Origin: Klebsormidium nitens
Taxonomy: Eukaryota; Plantae; Klebsormidiophyceae
Length of the DNA stretch: 49,239 nucleotides
Assembly (NCBI GenBank): GCA_000708835.1
Contig: DF237579.1
Span: forward strand, 1 to 49,239
Reading direction: 5' to 3'
Both the position numbers and the translations under genes were made by a program. The first letter of the stretch is position 1; each line of letters begins with the position of its first letter. The notes beneath the pieces are model-generated. The model was not told the DNA's origin, did not search any database, and saw only the letters and a program-made list of their open reading frames with translations. Below are positions 32,836-45,204 of this stretch, piece by piece.

Positions 32836-35800
32836 CTACGATTGACTGCTGCCCATCAGCGGTCCTGACCTCGCTGGCACGCTCACTTTACTTCCAAACG
32901 AGATCCGTCGATCGGGGGACACTCGGCTGCTCCTCCGCTTCCCCGCCGTCCGATCTTGCAGATGCAAAAACGCGGCCTCGTCCGGGTCCGACGCATCGCT
33001 CGCGCTGCTGCTGCTTGCTTTCCTTCCGCTTCCGTTGCTGTCCGTACCAGAATGACTGCTCTTTCTTCCTGCTGTCCGTGTCCCGGACCCAACGTCACTG
33101 CTCTTTCTTCCGCTTCCGCTTGCTTGGCTGTCCGTCCCAGAACCGCTGCTCTCGGGTGACACAGTGCAAGAATAGGCTTCGCCTTTTTGGGCGTTGGCAA
33201 AGTTCGACCGCGCGGCCGCGGTCGCGGTCGCCAAGAGCGGCATAGCACCGGGCGCTTCTTCCGCATACCTGCGTTTGGATGAATCCAGATTCTCAAACAG
33301 CGCAACTAATCGGTGCGGGCGCTTCGTTTACGAAAAAGAGCCGAAGAAGCGAATGAAGCTAGTCCTAGCTTGACAGACTTCGGGCGCGTAATCACATATT
33401 ACTTCGGGTATCGTGAATAAAAGCTGATAATCATTCGTAGAAGGAACGGATTTGACAGGTTGACCAGCTCGAAGTACCAAGAGCTTCGCTGACCGAGATT
33501 GTTCTCGAGCAACGAACTTGCAAAATCTTCAACCTTGTAATCCGATTCCACTCCGCTGGTTCCAAGGAAGACCTTAAATGGCATACTCTATTCAATTGAC
33601 AGGCCATCTTACCACCCTTCAAATCCCAAGAGCAGGTCTTGCGTGCTCCGCTCGACTAGCTTCTGGGCGCACGCCACCTCCGCGCGTGCGGACTGGAGCT
33701 CCTCGAAGAGAGCACGGTACTGCTTCTTCAGCTCCTGCGTAGCAAAAGAAAGCGGGGCATGAAGGGAGGCTTTTATCAAATCTGCGAATGGACCTTTGTT
33801 CACGAAGATCTGGAGTAAGATAGACGATATTGCAATGTTGTCCTGCAGAAGGTCAAGGAAGTGAAAGGGTCGGGATGGCCCAAACCTCCTCTTCCAAGTA
33901 GCGAGGTGAGCCAGCAGCACTTATCTCTTTGAGGGCCTGCAATTCTAGGATCCAACCCCTATATTGAAAACCCGAGCGCAACTGGTTTCTCAACCCGGCG
34001 TACTGACATTGTCTCGGGGACTATGATTACCCTGTCGCCTTTCGACCTTTGTCACTCTCATCATTCCCAACAAGATTGAATCTACGACGCGCAGAAATGA
34101 TGCTAGGGGTAATAAAATAATCGCAAAAGACATTACCGTTTGAACCGTTTCGTTGATACGAAATTCGCCGACAGTCATATTGTTTTTGCTTTTTTGTTGA
34201 TTGATTATTGGCATAATCAATCCAGCGAATTGAATGTTACTGTAGAGTCGACCTACACGCTTACTTTCAACTCGACTACCCTCCGGAACTCCTCTTCATC
34301 CAGAACCAGGGGCTCGTTCTCCCCCTCATTCACCCCCCCCCTCTTGTTATTCACCGCCTCCACCTCCCCCCGCAGATCGTCGATCCACTTTTTGCACTCA
34401 TTCACTTTGGCCGCTAAATCCTTGGCCGCGCCCTTGCGCTCACGCAAAGCGCCCTTGTTCTCCGCGAGCACGCGCTGTAGGGCTGCGCCCACGCCTGCGC
34501 GTGCACCCGAAAGGATGACATTGAAGTCGGATACTTCATGGTTTTTAGCAATAGTTGGTTGACGCTTCAAATCCGAAAGTGGTAATCTACAAGAGGACGC
34601 TTGAAATGTCCCTGAGGGCAAAATGGCTGGCCTCGGTCATCTTTTTCATCAATTCGCTCTTTTGAAAGAGGCGTAACGGACTCACACGTGATCTTCTACA
34701 TCGTCCGGTAGCGTGTTCGTCAGGAAAAGCTTAAAATTGCAAAGTTGCAAAGGAATCTGAGCAACTTTCCTCCATGCCTTCGAACATCAGAATTCGGTGC
34801 TTTGTGCTCTGCAACAATCGCAGACTCTTTGAGGAACATCCATCAAGCACCCTTACCCGTCTTGTACGTCTCAAACGCAGCGCTTCTATCCTCCCCAGCT
34901 CCCATCCGTTCTGCGGCGCACGCTTCCGCGCCCGGAACCGCTAAACCCTCCCCATCCTCGCGCGGCCGCGCGTCTTCGGGCGCGACCCCAACCCCTAGCC
35001 CCGCATCCGAGCAGTCCTCGTCTCCCACTGGAACAATGTTCGCAGGCATCGGGTGGAAGGGCGACCTGAGAAGCGGTGCCCCGGTCTTCTCTGTCGCCGT
35101 TTCTGGCTTGGACGGTGGCCGAGACATTGACACCCCGGACTTTCCTGACGTTTCTGGCGGAGTGCGGGTTGCTTTTACAGCGGCAGTTGGTGTGTCGAAG
35201 GTTTTGGACGAATTGGGTGGAGAGGAGGCCGTGCGTGCAGAGAGAGTCGCGGTTGGCGGAGCGCTATATGCGTCTTGGTACATAACCTGCACGTTCAAGA
35301 TAGTTTCACTTACTACAGGCGAGTTTTCAGGATTCCTGTCGCAATATTCGCACAGTCAACGGTACAGAGAGTCGCGTACTGAACTGTTGCAAAAGTCTGG
35401 TGACCAGCCGTTCTTATTCTCCCCATCCTTTTACAAGTCATCGGCTTTGCAAAACTGAGTCGTGAACCAGGTTCAAACCCTTCCCCTCACTCTCTATCTC
35501 GGTCTTTTCAAGTCGCGGTTCGAAAGCGACCACGAGTCATTCACCTCCATTCTTACCCGGCACTGCAGAAGGACCTCCCTCAGGTGCGCCGTGCTCGTGA
35601 TCTCCGGCGGCTCCGCGGCCGCGCCCGCGAGAAACGCGCGCACGTGCTCGCGCACGGCCGCCCTCTGCCCGGGGGACAGAGCTTCACAACCTGACGAGGG
35701 GGCGTCACCCGACCGCAAAAGTAACGCCTGGCGCAGCTCGCGCACTTCGGCCTCGCACCGCTTCAAGAGACTCTCAGGATCCTGCAAATTACTCAAGAAT

Positions 35801-38800
35801 CTCGATGTTTGTAGAGAGTCTAGCAACTGTTTTGGTAAGGGGTTTCTTGGAACGTTTAGAATCCAGGGTCCTTGGGTTTGGGTACGCGCCGGGGAGGCTT
35901 GCAAAGGTTTAAACCCAGAACTCATGACATGCTTGAAGAAAAATTTCCCAGCCTCTGGTTGAATATAATATTGTCTATGGGGCGCGAAACGTGCAAAACG
36001 ACGGCGTTCCGAGCTGGTAATTAGCAACAGCAAAGCGAACTGCCTCGAGAGTTGACTGCGCATTAAGTCATGAGATTTAAAGGTTGCTCTCAGCGGCGGA
36101 CGGCTTGCTCCACTTACCGCAACGACAAGGCAGGAAAACTTGTGCAAGCATGATACTTTTTAAAGTGACGAGGATATTATCGTCTTGGCCACTTTTCGGA
36201 TTCAAACCCATTCAAACCAAAACCCTCTAACCCACTTTCGAACCTCGGGCCCTCACCTGCCGGACATTCACGGACACTTCGTTGGACACCCGCGCCATCC
36301 GCGCGGCAAACTTGAGCGTCGAGACCGTCTCTCTCAGATGAACCGCCTCCCCCCACACAGTGGCAATCATTACGGTCTGACAGTTCCCGCCCAGGCAGTC
36401 TTTGAGCACGTGCGTCAGCTTGGAGCTCCGGTAGGGCACGTGGTCGCGCCCTTTTTCCGCGAGCGCCCCGGTCACTTGCTCCAGGAAGGAAAGTGACCGG
36501 TTGATGTACGTGGCCTCCTTGGCGATACCCCCGGTCGACTTGGTTTTGGAGAGGCGCTGGAGAAAGGCAGATTTTTAAGAACAATTGAGACTGGATTCAG
36601 TAATACGGTGGTCTCAAGCATGCCGTTCATGTGTCGAGGCAACTCTTCTATATTGCCGGCGCAGAGGGACTGCCTTCTTTTGGGCACGCGTCCCCAGTTG
36701 AGCTTCCCTGCTACTTTTTCCGTTGCTTCGATTTGAGCTACCGATCCTTTGAGCTCCAAGACAATCAATCGACGGTCTACGAACGAAAACCGTCTTCCCG
36801 TTGAGGAACTATTAACTGTCCGAGACTGTGCAGAATATAAAAGCCAAGAGCCAAAAGTCCGAAAGCACATCAGAAGACTGTCGAAACGGGACACTTTCGC
36901 ACTTGTTTTTAACGCACCTCGGACCCCGCCAGGTCGACCAGGTTCAGCTTCGACGTCGTGATGCTGCTCGACTCGTCCCCGGCGCGCAGGTCCATCGACA
37001 TCGAAAAGACGGCGTGCGACCGGCTGCTGCTGCGGTTCAGCTGGTGCTCCGCGATTGCCCGGTTGGTCTCGCCCTCGAACAGCAGGCTCAGCGCGTCTTC
37101 TTCGGTTGCGACAGGAATAGCAGTCAAGCCTAGGGGAGGAAGAAAGGACTTTCAGAGCATTCTTAGGTTCCCTAGCGAAAAAGGAGGCGGTGAAATTTGG
37201 TTGGTGGCCTCGAACAGAAGGCTCAGCCCGACTTCTTTGGATGCGACGGGATTGGCGGTCAAACGTGGGGAACGAAAACAAGACTTTCAGAGCAGGTTGA
37301 GGATCCAAGAGCAGGACGTAGCGGAGATGTCCTTTGGTGGATGATCTCGCCTCGAGAAGCAGGCTGAGGGCGTCGCTGAGGCAAATAACGTCAATTCAAT
37401 TCGGAACTTTTTGAAGATCAGAGAGCCGAGAAGAGCGGCAGTTTGCTGCGATGCTTCCGTCTCGTTTCCGACGTCGGGCGGGCATAAACGTCTTCGTTTA
37501 CCGGCAATTGGACGAAGAGTGACCTGAAAATAAGGACTTGAGGGGGCAACGAGTCGGTCGGAAGGAAAATCTTTGTTTGAACCTTTGTCGCAATCCGGTT
37601 TCGCAAAGCCGAAAGGGTGCATCGCATCTTTCGGATCAATTTCCAGCTATCGGACCAAGGAGTAGTTCATTCGTCGTCAGGCACAACGTATAATGGATGA
37701 CAAAGTCCGAGGTAGTCACTTCACCTTATCGCTCGAAAGCAACAATTTGTTCTATTCCTTCTTTCACGGACTCTTTACAACTATGTGCCTTCAAGAGCAG
37801 CGCCTGCGGGCGTACCTTTGACGGACACGTGTCCCTTGGCGTTCTCCGAGATTGCCAGGTCAGCAGCGGGTGCGTTACCGAGCAGGTCCGAGATTTGCTC
37901 GTTGTAGATCTCAAAGTAGGAGACGCGAAGGGTCGCCAGAGCCTGCAAATTGCGAACCATCGAAATCTTCGTAAGACCTATCGCTGGAACGTCAGAACGT
38001 ATTTACTGTCGCATTTACATGGAGCTTCGTGCATCAGTTTTGTCGTGCATCAGTTTTGTCGTGCATCGGTTTTGCTGCCTTTCAACTACTGGGGCTGCTT
38101 GAGCCCTTTGCACTAGATCCTGCTTGACTCCCATGTGTCAAATAAGAATCTAGTCACTGTCAGGAAAGCGGTCGATAGATTCTGCAGAAAGATACCGTTG
38201 AGTTAGGAAGCGGTTGCAAAAGTGAAGATTGCCAAGGGAGATCTTCGTAAGAGTTAGAGGCTTCGATTGATTGCACAATGTAAGAGACGACTAAGCTATC
38301 AATTTCCTTCTCAAGAAGGAGGGCTTATTTGAGCGCTCGGAGTCAACCGCGAATCGTACCTGTTGCTTGTTCCGTACTGCTCTGAAGATGTGCGATATGG
38401 CCCTCGGGATGATCCCCCGGTTAGAGTACGAGCGATCACCGGAGGACATCGTATAAGTCTTGCCGCTTCCAGTCTGGCCGTAGGCCAGGATCGAACCGTT
38501 ATACCCCTGGCAAAGAAAAGATGGACGGGGTCATGAGGTGGTACTTGCAGTGATGCTTACCAATAAGACTTTGGTGAATTGCCAGCATAGTTCATGGTCA
38601 GAAAGTTTGGACCTCAATATTGTTTTGCGAGGTTAACTAGGTCGAGAACGATATTCATTATGGTGAGAGCTTTAGATGCGAAGCGTTGAGGGCAAACGTA
38701 GATTAGCCACTTCCGTCAGAATCTGCTTTCGAAGACCCTCAACTATGGCATGTCCGAAGTCTGTCCGTGCCTTCTTCGACTATCTGGACGCTAGCAGGCA

Positions 38801-39845
38801 AAGGGAGAAGATATGGCCTTCATTGCTGCACTTACTTCCAGGAACCTTTCCACGGTCTCAAAAGCCGCAGACTGATAGACTGCTTCCTGGGAAGCATTGT
38901 GGAGAGTTCCATCTGGCCTGCACATATCAGACAAAACCCAAGACATGGAGCTTGTGAAGCAAAAAAAGGTTTGCGATTTTATTTTGAGGCCTTGGAAAAC
39001 CCCAGACTTCAGCTAGTACTTCTGCTTGCATTTTGAAAAACTAGACCCGAAAGTAGAGCATGCGAATAGCCGGCTTCAGACAGTTAACCTGCGGCCTGGA
39101 TTGGGGCAGTGGTTGGCTGAATGCTATGCAGGGGCATAGCCTCGCTGCAAAACAGTGAGTTACGGCAGCGACTGAAACCTGCATTGCCTGCCTACAAGCA
39201 CGGTCTTGAAACCGTCAAAACCTGATACGTTGTTTCGAGTGTCCCGTAACACGTCCTTCGACTCCTCAGAATGTAGACAAAATGATTCATTTTTAGTCTA
39301 CAGAGCCGCTACCGTTCGCATGTGTGAGCTCCCGCAAGAAAAAGATGACAGGCGTACAAGAAGCTTGTGAAGAGATTGCTTGGTCAGAATGGAGGTAACT
39401 CAGTAGAAAATTGGTACCGAAAAGTATGGTCGTCTTGCTGTGAAGCACCAGCTGATGATTCGTCCTGGCGCTTGAGATGTACGGTGATACTCTGCACACA
39501 CATAGGGATCAATGAGTGCAGGAACTCACAGACTTATCAAAGTCACTTGAGCTCACCAGTGTCGGGATTATCTCACCGTAGAAACGATTGCAATGCCTAT
39601 CACAGAAGTCTCCTCTGTCAGATGCTCTGAGATAAGCTGCCTACATGCGCAGGCTGCTTGTCCTGGAATCCAGCTGCAAATGCTATTGTCGTGCAATGCT
39701 GTCAAATGAAGCAGCTACAAGACGTGCAGCATTGTGCGTGGCAGCACTGGCATACCTTTCCATCGGGGTTGATCGTCAGGTTGCGCTCAGCGAAGTTTTC
39801 ACTGGGCCGGATCCGAACAAGAACCTTCACTGCACTTCGGACCAT
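32836..39845 (-). CDS. KIF9: Kinesin-9 motor (KIF9/KLP1-like), 12 exons
   Basis: Exons 39845-39756, 39491-39418, 38917-38836, 38506-38360, 37942-37816, 37129-36918, 36556-36257, 35781-35557, 35286-34857, 34494-34265, 33734-33613, 33268-32836. Motifs: [75 protein letters not shown] and C-terminal DPDEAAF. The last exon may continue through a donor at 32887. Confidence 0.9.
37208..37375 (-). repeat. Two degenerate intronic copies of the acceptor and start of KIF9 exon 6
   Basis: 37208-37294 aligns with 37073-37159 (CCTCGAACAG-AGGCTCAGC...GACTTTCAGAGCA). A third, shorter copy at ~37345-37375 encodes DALSLLLE versus the true DALSLLFE. Confidence 0.85.
38027..38074. repeat. Minisatellite (TCGTGCATCAGTTTTG)x3 in a KIF9 intron
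   Basis: Three 16-bp units, one mismatch in the third. Confidence 0.85.
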
Positions 39846-40813
39846 CTTTTCAGATACGCCACCAGTTACTCAAGTGCTCCAACCTCCCTCAGAGGTAGGA
39901 ACTTTAAAGAGCTCCATTTTCCAGATCTGCAAGCTTTCATTTAGATGAAGAGCACAACCACAGGCACCATCGTTTCATTTCTTGCAGCCTTAGTTACAGA
40001 ATGCAGTGTGACGCGAGGCCGGCACGTGATAAGAAGATCGTGACTAAGGATGCGCTCTCCAACTTGTTCTGTACCGTTCCAAGGAATGGCATGCATGATG
40101 GCAGAGTTTGCAATTCCTGCAGCTAACAGGTACGTTAATCTCCTGCATCAAATATATTCTTCTGTAAAGGAAATTTGCATACCGAAAGCTGCTGGAGTGT
40201 CGATCAAAATATAGGTATATCTATAAGGTACATGCTAAATGATGCAGCCATCATATCACATCATATCAACTCGCTCTCACAAGGGGTTTTCGAGCAAGAC
40301 TCCTACTACTACTAGTGCCAACGCCAGGTCGGCGCCTTGCAGGCCAGTAGCTACTAGCACTGGCAGTGGAAACTGGGGTTCAAATTCATGGCGCAGTTCA
40401 ACGGCTGCTTGATATGTTTTATCATAAGGAACCGCCATCGCACCGTTCGAAGCGCCATCGGACGATCGATAGTGGGGGTGTTTCCAAATCGCTGGAGTCG
40501 GACGTGAATCGTGATCGTCTCTTTCTCTCTTTCCTACCCGGCTACCACCTCCCTACATACTGCAGTACATGAATGCGAAGCCCCACTGTTTCAGCTCGCC
40601 CGCAAATGACATTCAAATTGATGGAACTCAGGGCGCCGCAATGGGGTTGGTTCTTTTAGGCTTGTTGCTGACTCAAGTTGAGCGTCAGGGCCGCAATGCC
40701 TGCTGCGCAGGTCATAATTCATTCAGGAAGTTGGCGACCCGAATGCAGATCCAAATAACGGGGCGGCCAAAAGTTCCTGTCAGAGCTCAGAATAAGCGCC
40801 CAGCTCGGAAAAC

Positions 40814-43800
40814 ATGACTCATGCAGGCTGCCAGCTTTGTGGTTTTCAGGTGAGTCAAAAGGTTTTGCGACAGCTGGCTGGAGCTTCTGAAAGACAACGT
40901 TGCCGGAGCTATTCATCAACCTATCTGCCAGAGCTTCTTTATTGACTAGTGGCCATTGATCCACCCCACTTTGCATGCTGCGGCCCTGGCTGTGGTGCTT
41001 CAATCCGCCCGCCCTTATCTGCATTTCGGGGTGCACTGCATGAAAGTACGAATTGCACGCACCTGGTGCAACCTTGTTGATTATATTCTTATATTTTAGC
41101 CTTTGAACTTCCTCCCTACAGGAAGCTCCTCTCTCATCACGAAGTCACAATGCTGCTTCAATGGGTGCAACGGAGGGGGCTAAAAGTGCGGGGCATTGTG
41201 TCCATGAATGTGATGAGAAGGCAGTGGTAACCACCAGGCGGAATAAGCAAGTGAGTGTGTTTTACATAGACTTGACCACTGCAGTCAGACTGTCAGGACA
41301 TTTATAAGGCAGCTACTGGTGTTGATGGTTCCACATCGTAGCAGCGTCTTAGGCTTTATTTAAATCGCCCCACGACCTCCCCCGTATGAGCATCCCCATC
41401 TCAAACCTCCCTGCTACCTCTATCCCCCTGATCCTATGATTTCCAACTCTCTACTTGGTCATTTACCACCGATCTTTCTGCAGGAGGTTTCTAACCGACC
41501 GCAGCCGACTGTGACTCAGCCTAGCAAGCACTTCCGGACCACCAACGTGTCAGCAGACAATGCTGGAGGGGGCTACTGCCCCAGCTATGCCTGGGGTTGC
41601 AGCAGACTCCACAGAGTCGCAAAGGAAGCAGCAGAGAAGCAAGCGGTCCAAGACACCATTCAGGAGCTGAAGACAGCAAACAGCGCGCTATCGCAGGAGC
41701 TTGCTCACGTGCGGACAACGTCGCATGCGACGGTGAGTTGGTAATCCATTTTCTTTTCATAACAGCTTTCGTATGCACGCTGCGATTTCCATTTTTTCCA
41801 TAGATTGTACAGAGTGAAAGGGCTTTCACAAGTCCGCCAGACCCAATGAAAGCCCTCGTGGAACGACAATCCCAATTATTGTTTGACGGATACGCACTTA
41901 TTCTGCCCGGTTGGACACATTCGTCATGATGAAATCTGCGAAAGCCACAAGATGCGGCGTCTTCACAGACTGCAATGGTGTTTTGTGACCAAATGCTCAG
42001 TGAGAGTTTTCAATCTGGCCCTTAAGGACCCTGAATCACAATCCGGAGATCTACTCTGCCCTCCTTCAGAGAACGGCCAAGGCAGTCGGAGTAAACTGAA
42101 AAGGCTGCAAGACAAGAGCAAGCGTATGAAGGAGGCGGCAATTCTCCAAGCCACAGAGAATGGTGGGGGCATATGAGAATCAAACGTCTCATCTCGTGTC
42201 CCTTTCACGATTGTGAACTGAAGGACCATTCCTCTGACAGTCTCCATCAATTAGACCTTCTTTGGTGGTGTTTGATTCCATGAGTCTTCTTTTTACAACA
42301 GATAACAGCGCTCAAGGACCACCTGTCCCACACCGAGGCCCAGCTCGCAGCCGAGAAGGAGCGCTCGCTTTCCTTCTACCAAGGCCTCAAAACCGCCAAG
42401 CAGACCCTAAAAGAAGACCGCGAGACGCGCCAGGTGGCAGTCACACGTGCCACCGCGGCCCTCACCCGACTCGACCGGGAAGAAGATCACTGGCGAAAAA
42501 TTGACGGTGTGAATAAGTCCCTCGAGAGGGAGCTGAGCGAAGCGCAGGCGCAGTTAGAACGACTTCGGCGGGTAGAGAAAGAGAGGGCCCTGTTGGAGGA
42601 GAGGTTGACTGAAGAGCGGCAGGGGAGGGAAAGGGCGGAGGGGGCGGCACAGGGCCTCCGGGAAGAGAAAACGCGGCTCGTGGGCGAACTTGAACGGTTG
42701 ACGGGTGTGGAGGCGGTGCTGCGAGAAGTGGAGGAGACGAGAGACGCTCTGCAGGTGAGGAGCATTGAGCCCTGCTTAAAGTAATGGTATTGATCTTAGC
42801 CTCAGAGTTTCTTTTCGAACGCAATTCCGAGCCTCTCGAAAGCCAATCGCGTCTTGAAGGCCGGTCGAGCAAATCACTTGACTTTCTGGCTCGGATGAAT
42901 CGATCCCAGTTTGTGAATGTTTGTGGGCGAGCACTGCCCTGCGAATGCTACCGAGGGTTCATTGCAACGGTAAAGAATCGCCGTTACGGCCGTACGACCA
43001 GGTCGGACACGTTTGCAGGGGGACTGCTTGACCCTTCGAGCAGATTTTGCCTGGAAAGATATGGGAAATAGTTTTGGAAACTTGAATCAACGCTACAATC
43101 GACGAGTCCGAAGCGAAAAAGAAGACAGCGTCGCTCTTCCTTGACTAATCACGATTTTTTTTGCACGCATGCCAAGATGAAGGTAATCTCTTCCGTAAGT
43201 TGTTTCAGAATTTCTCGGAATAGAGAGTTCACCTGAGGAACAACATCCGCTCTTCCACACCCGAGGTTTCGAACGGCCGGTGATTGTGCAGGAGGCTCTG
43301 ACCGAAGCCCGGGGCAGCCTAAACCGAGAACGGAAGGCCTGCCACGTGGCGAACGGGCAGGTGTCCACGTTGGAAGGCGAGAACGCAGAGCTGCGGGGCG
43401 ATCAGACGCGGATGGAAGCTTTCCTCAATGAGGAACAAGCACGGATCAAGGAACTAGAGCAGCTTTTAGAACGAGTACTTCAGAAGAAGGCAGAACGGGA
43501 GCAGGAGAACCGGGTTCTAAAAAAGGACCTCGAGGTTGCTCTGACGGGCAGAGCGCAGGCTGAGGCGCGGGTGGAACAGCAAACGGTCTTAGCGGACGGG
43601 GAAAGGGAGGCGAAGCTCAGAGCGGAACGGAACGGAACGGAATGCGCGGAACGGCTCGGCGAGGCTCGGAAAGAGGCGGCGTCGCTCGCGGAACTGCTGA
43701 CGTCAGCTGAGGAGGAGCTACGGGCACTGGATAACGAGTGCGAAGAAATTTCCGCGCAACGCGCGCGTTGGGAGGCGAAGGCGGGCGAGGCTTGGGAAGA

Positions 43801-45204
43801 GCTTTCGACAACGAAATGCAAGCTCGAGGACGTTGCAGCCAAGCTGCGGTTCGAATCGAACGCGAGGGGGTGCGCCGAGAAAGACAACGAACGGCTGCGA
43901 TCGGAGAGTGCGAAAGTAGAGGAGGCTCTAAAGAGCACCCGCGGGGCATTAGAAACGACTGACACAAGATTGAAGGAAAGTAAAGAGGAGCTTCTCGCAG
44001 CGAGGGCCGAAATGGAGGGCGTAAAGCGCGCGGTCGAGTGGGCCGAGAAACGCGCCGATGAGGCGAAACGAGCTGCTGACGTGGCGGCCGATCGCGCGAC
44101 CGCCGAGCATCGGACGGTCGAGAAGCTGATGGCCGAGATCGAAGGGTGGAGGGCGAAGAACGAGGCGTTGGAGGCTGACTTGGCGGGACACGTGGCAGCC
44201 CGGGAGCAGCAACTAGAGGCGGCGGTGCGGCGGGAGGTGGCGGCGAGAGACGAGTACGAGGAAAGGGAAAGGCGACTGATAATGAAACTGGACGGAAAAG
44301 AGAGGGAATGGCTGGAAGCTCGGGAGAAGAGCCAGGTGAGGGACGGAATCGTTTTCGTGTGGAAAGATGATCGGAATTGAGCGGTTGGAGTCGAAGGCGC
44401 TGTGCGTGATCTCGCATGTTAGCGTGAATTAGAGGAGTCAAAACGAATTCAGGAATCATGAAGACGCCACGACAATGAAGCGCTGAGCAGTTCGAGCTTT
44501 CAGGACTCGAGGGTTTCAGGGTCTCTAGTACTGGAAGGTCGCTGCATTGGGGCTGTGAATTGGAATAGTGGTACAAATTAAGGCCGGAAGCAGATTCGAG
44601 AACACGTTCAAACTATCTGAGGGAAGCGGGTGCCGCATCGAGCTTGTTATAGTCTTTCCGTAGGATAACATCGTCGGGTGGCTTCACTTCATAAGAGGTA
44701 AAAGCGACGCAAAGTTGAGGTTCACTCAATGACGGCAAAGAGCGGCCAACGCACAGGTATAGGCTGTGCTGTATCGCTAATACTGCTTTGCACATTCTTT
44801 CTTGCTTGCTTTCTTTACGGCGTGCTCAGCATCGCTCATTTCATCTACCCCTGCATGATCCCGTCGAGACGTTCATTGGATGCCGCCCCTAGCTGCTCTA
44901 ATAGACGGAAGCTAAAGCTGCGCCCTTTGCTCTGTAGGAGCATAACAGCGAGCGCGCAACCTCGCGCGCGGACCTGGACCGCGCCCTGGAGAAAGTGCGC
45001 GTTCTGGAGGCGCAGGCGCGCGACGCCCAGGACACGCTCCGGCGCGCGATGCGCGCGCGCGAGGAGGCGGAGGGTGCGGCCAGCAAGGCGGCCGCGGACG
45101 CGGCCGCTGCGCGCGCGAAGGCCGCGACGCTGAGGAAAGAGAACGCGGCCATGATGGCGAACTACGACGCGTGGCTGAGAACGCTGGTCAAGAGTTCGAG
45201 GTGA
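40814..45204 (+). CDS. Long coiled-coil protein of unknown family
   Basis: Phase-0 GT-AG exons 40814-40849 (start tentative), 41122-41250, 41484-41732, 42302-42754, 43292-44335 and 44938-45204. E/R/A/L/K-rich heptad-like sequence throughout, ending KENAAMMANYDAWLRTLVKSSR*. Confidence 0.75.

Noticed and set aside
32990-33150. Internal repeats in the KIF9 tail (GTDS...GSGRK)
   Set aside because: Ordinary low-complexity Ser/Gly linker expansion.
41990-42100. ALKDPES stretch as another shadow of the coiled-coil exon start ALKDHLS
   Set aside because: Only a short AAGGACC core matches and downstream similarity is not colinear.
43617-44576. Long minus-strand ORFs (319 aa, 161 aa) and similar shadow ORFs such as 3411-4097 and 20288-20863
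   Set aside because: Antisense shadows of GC-rich exons on the opposite strand.
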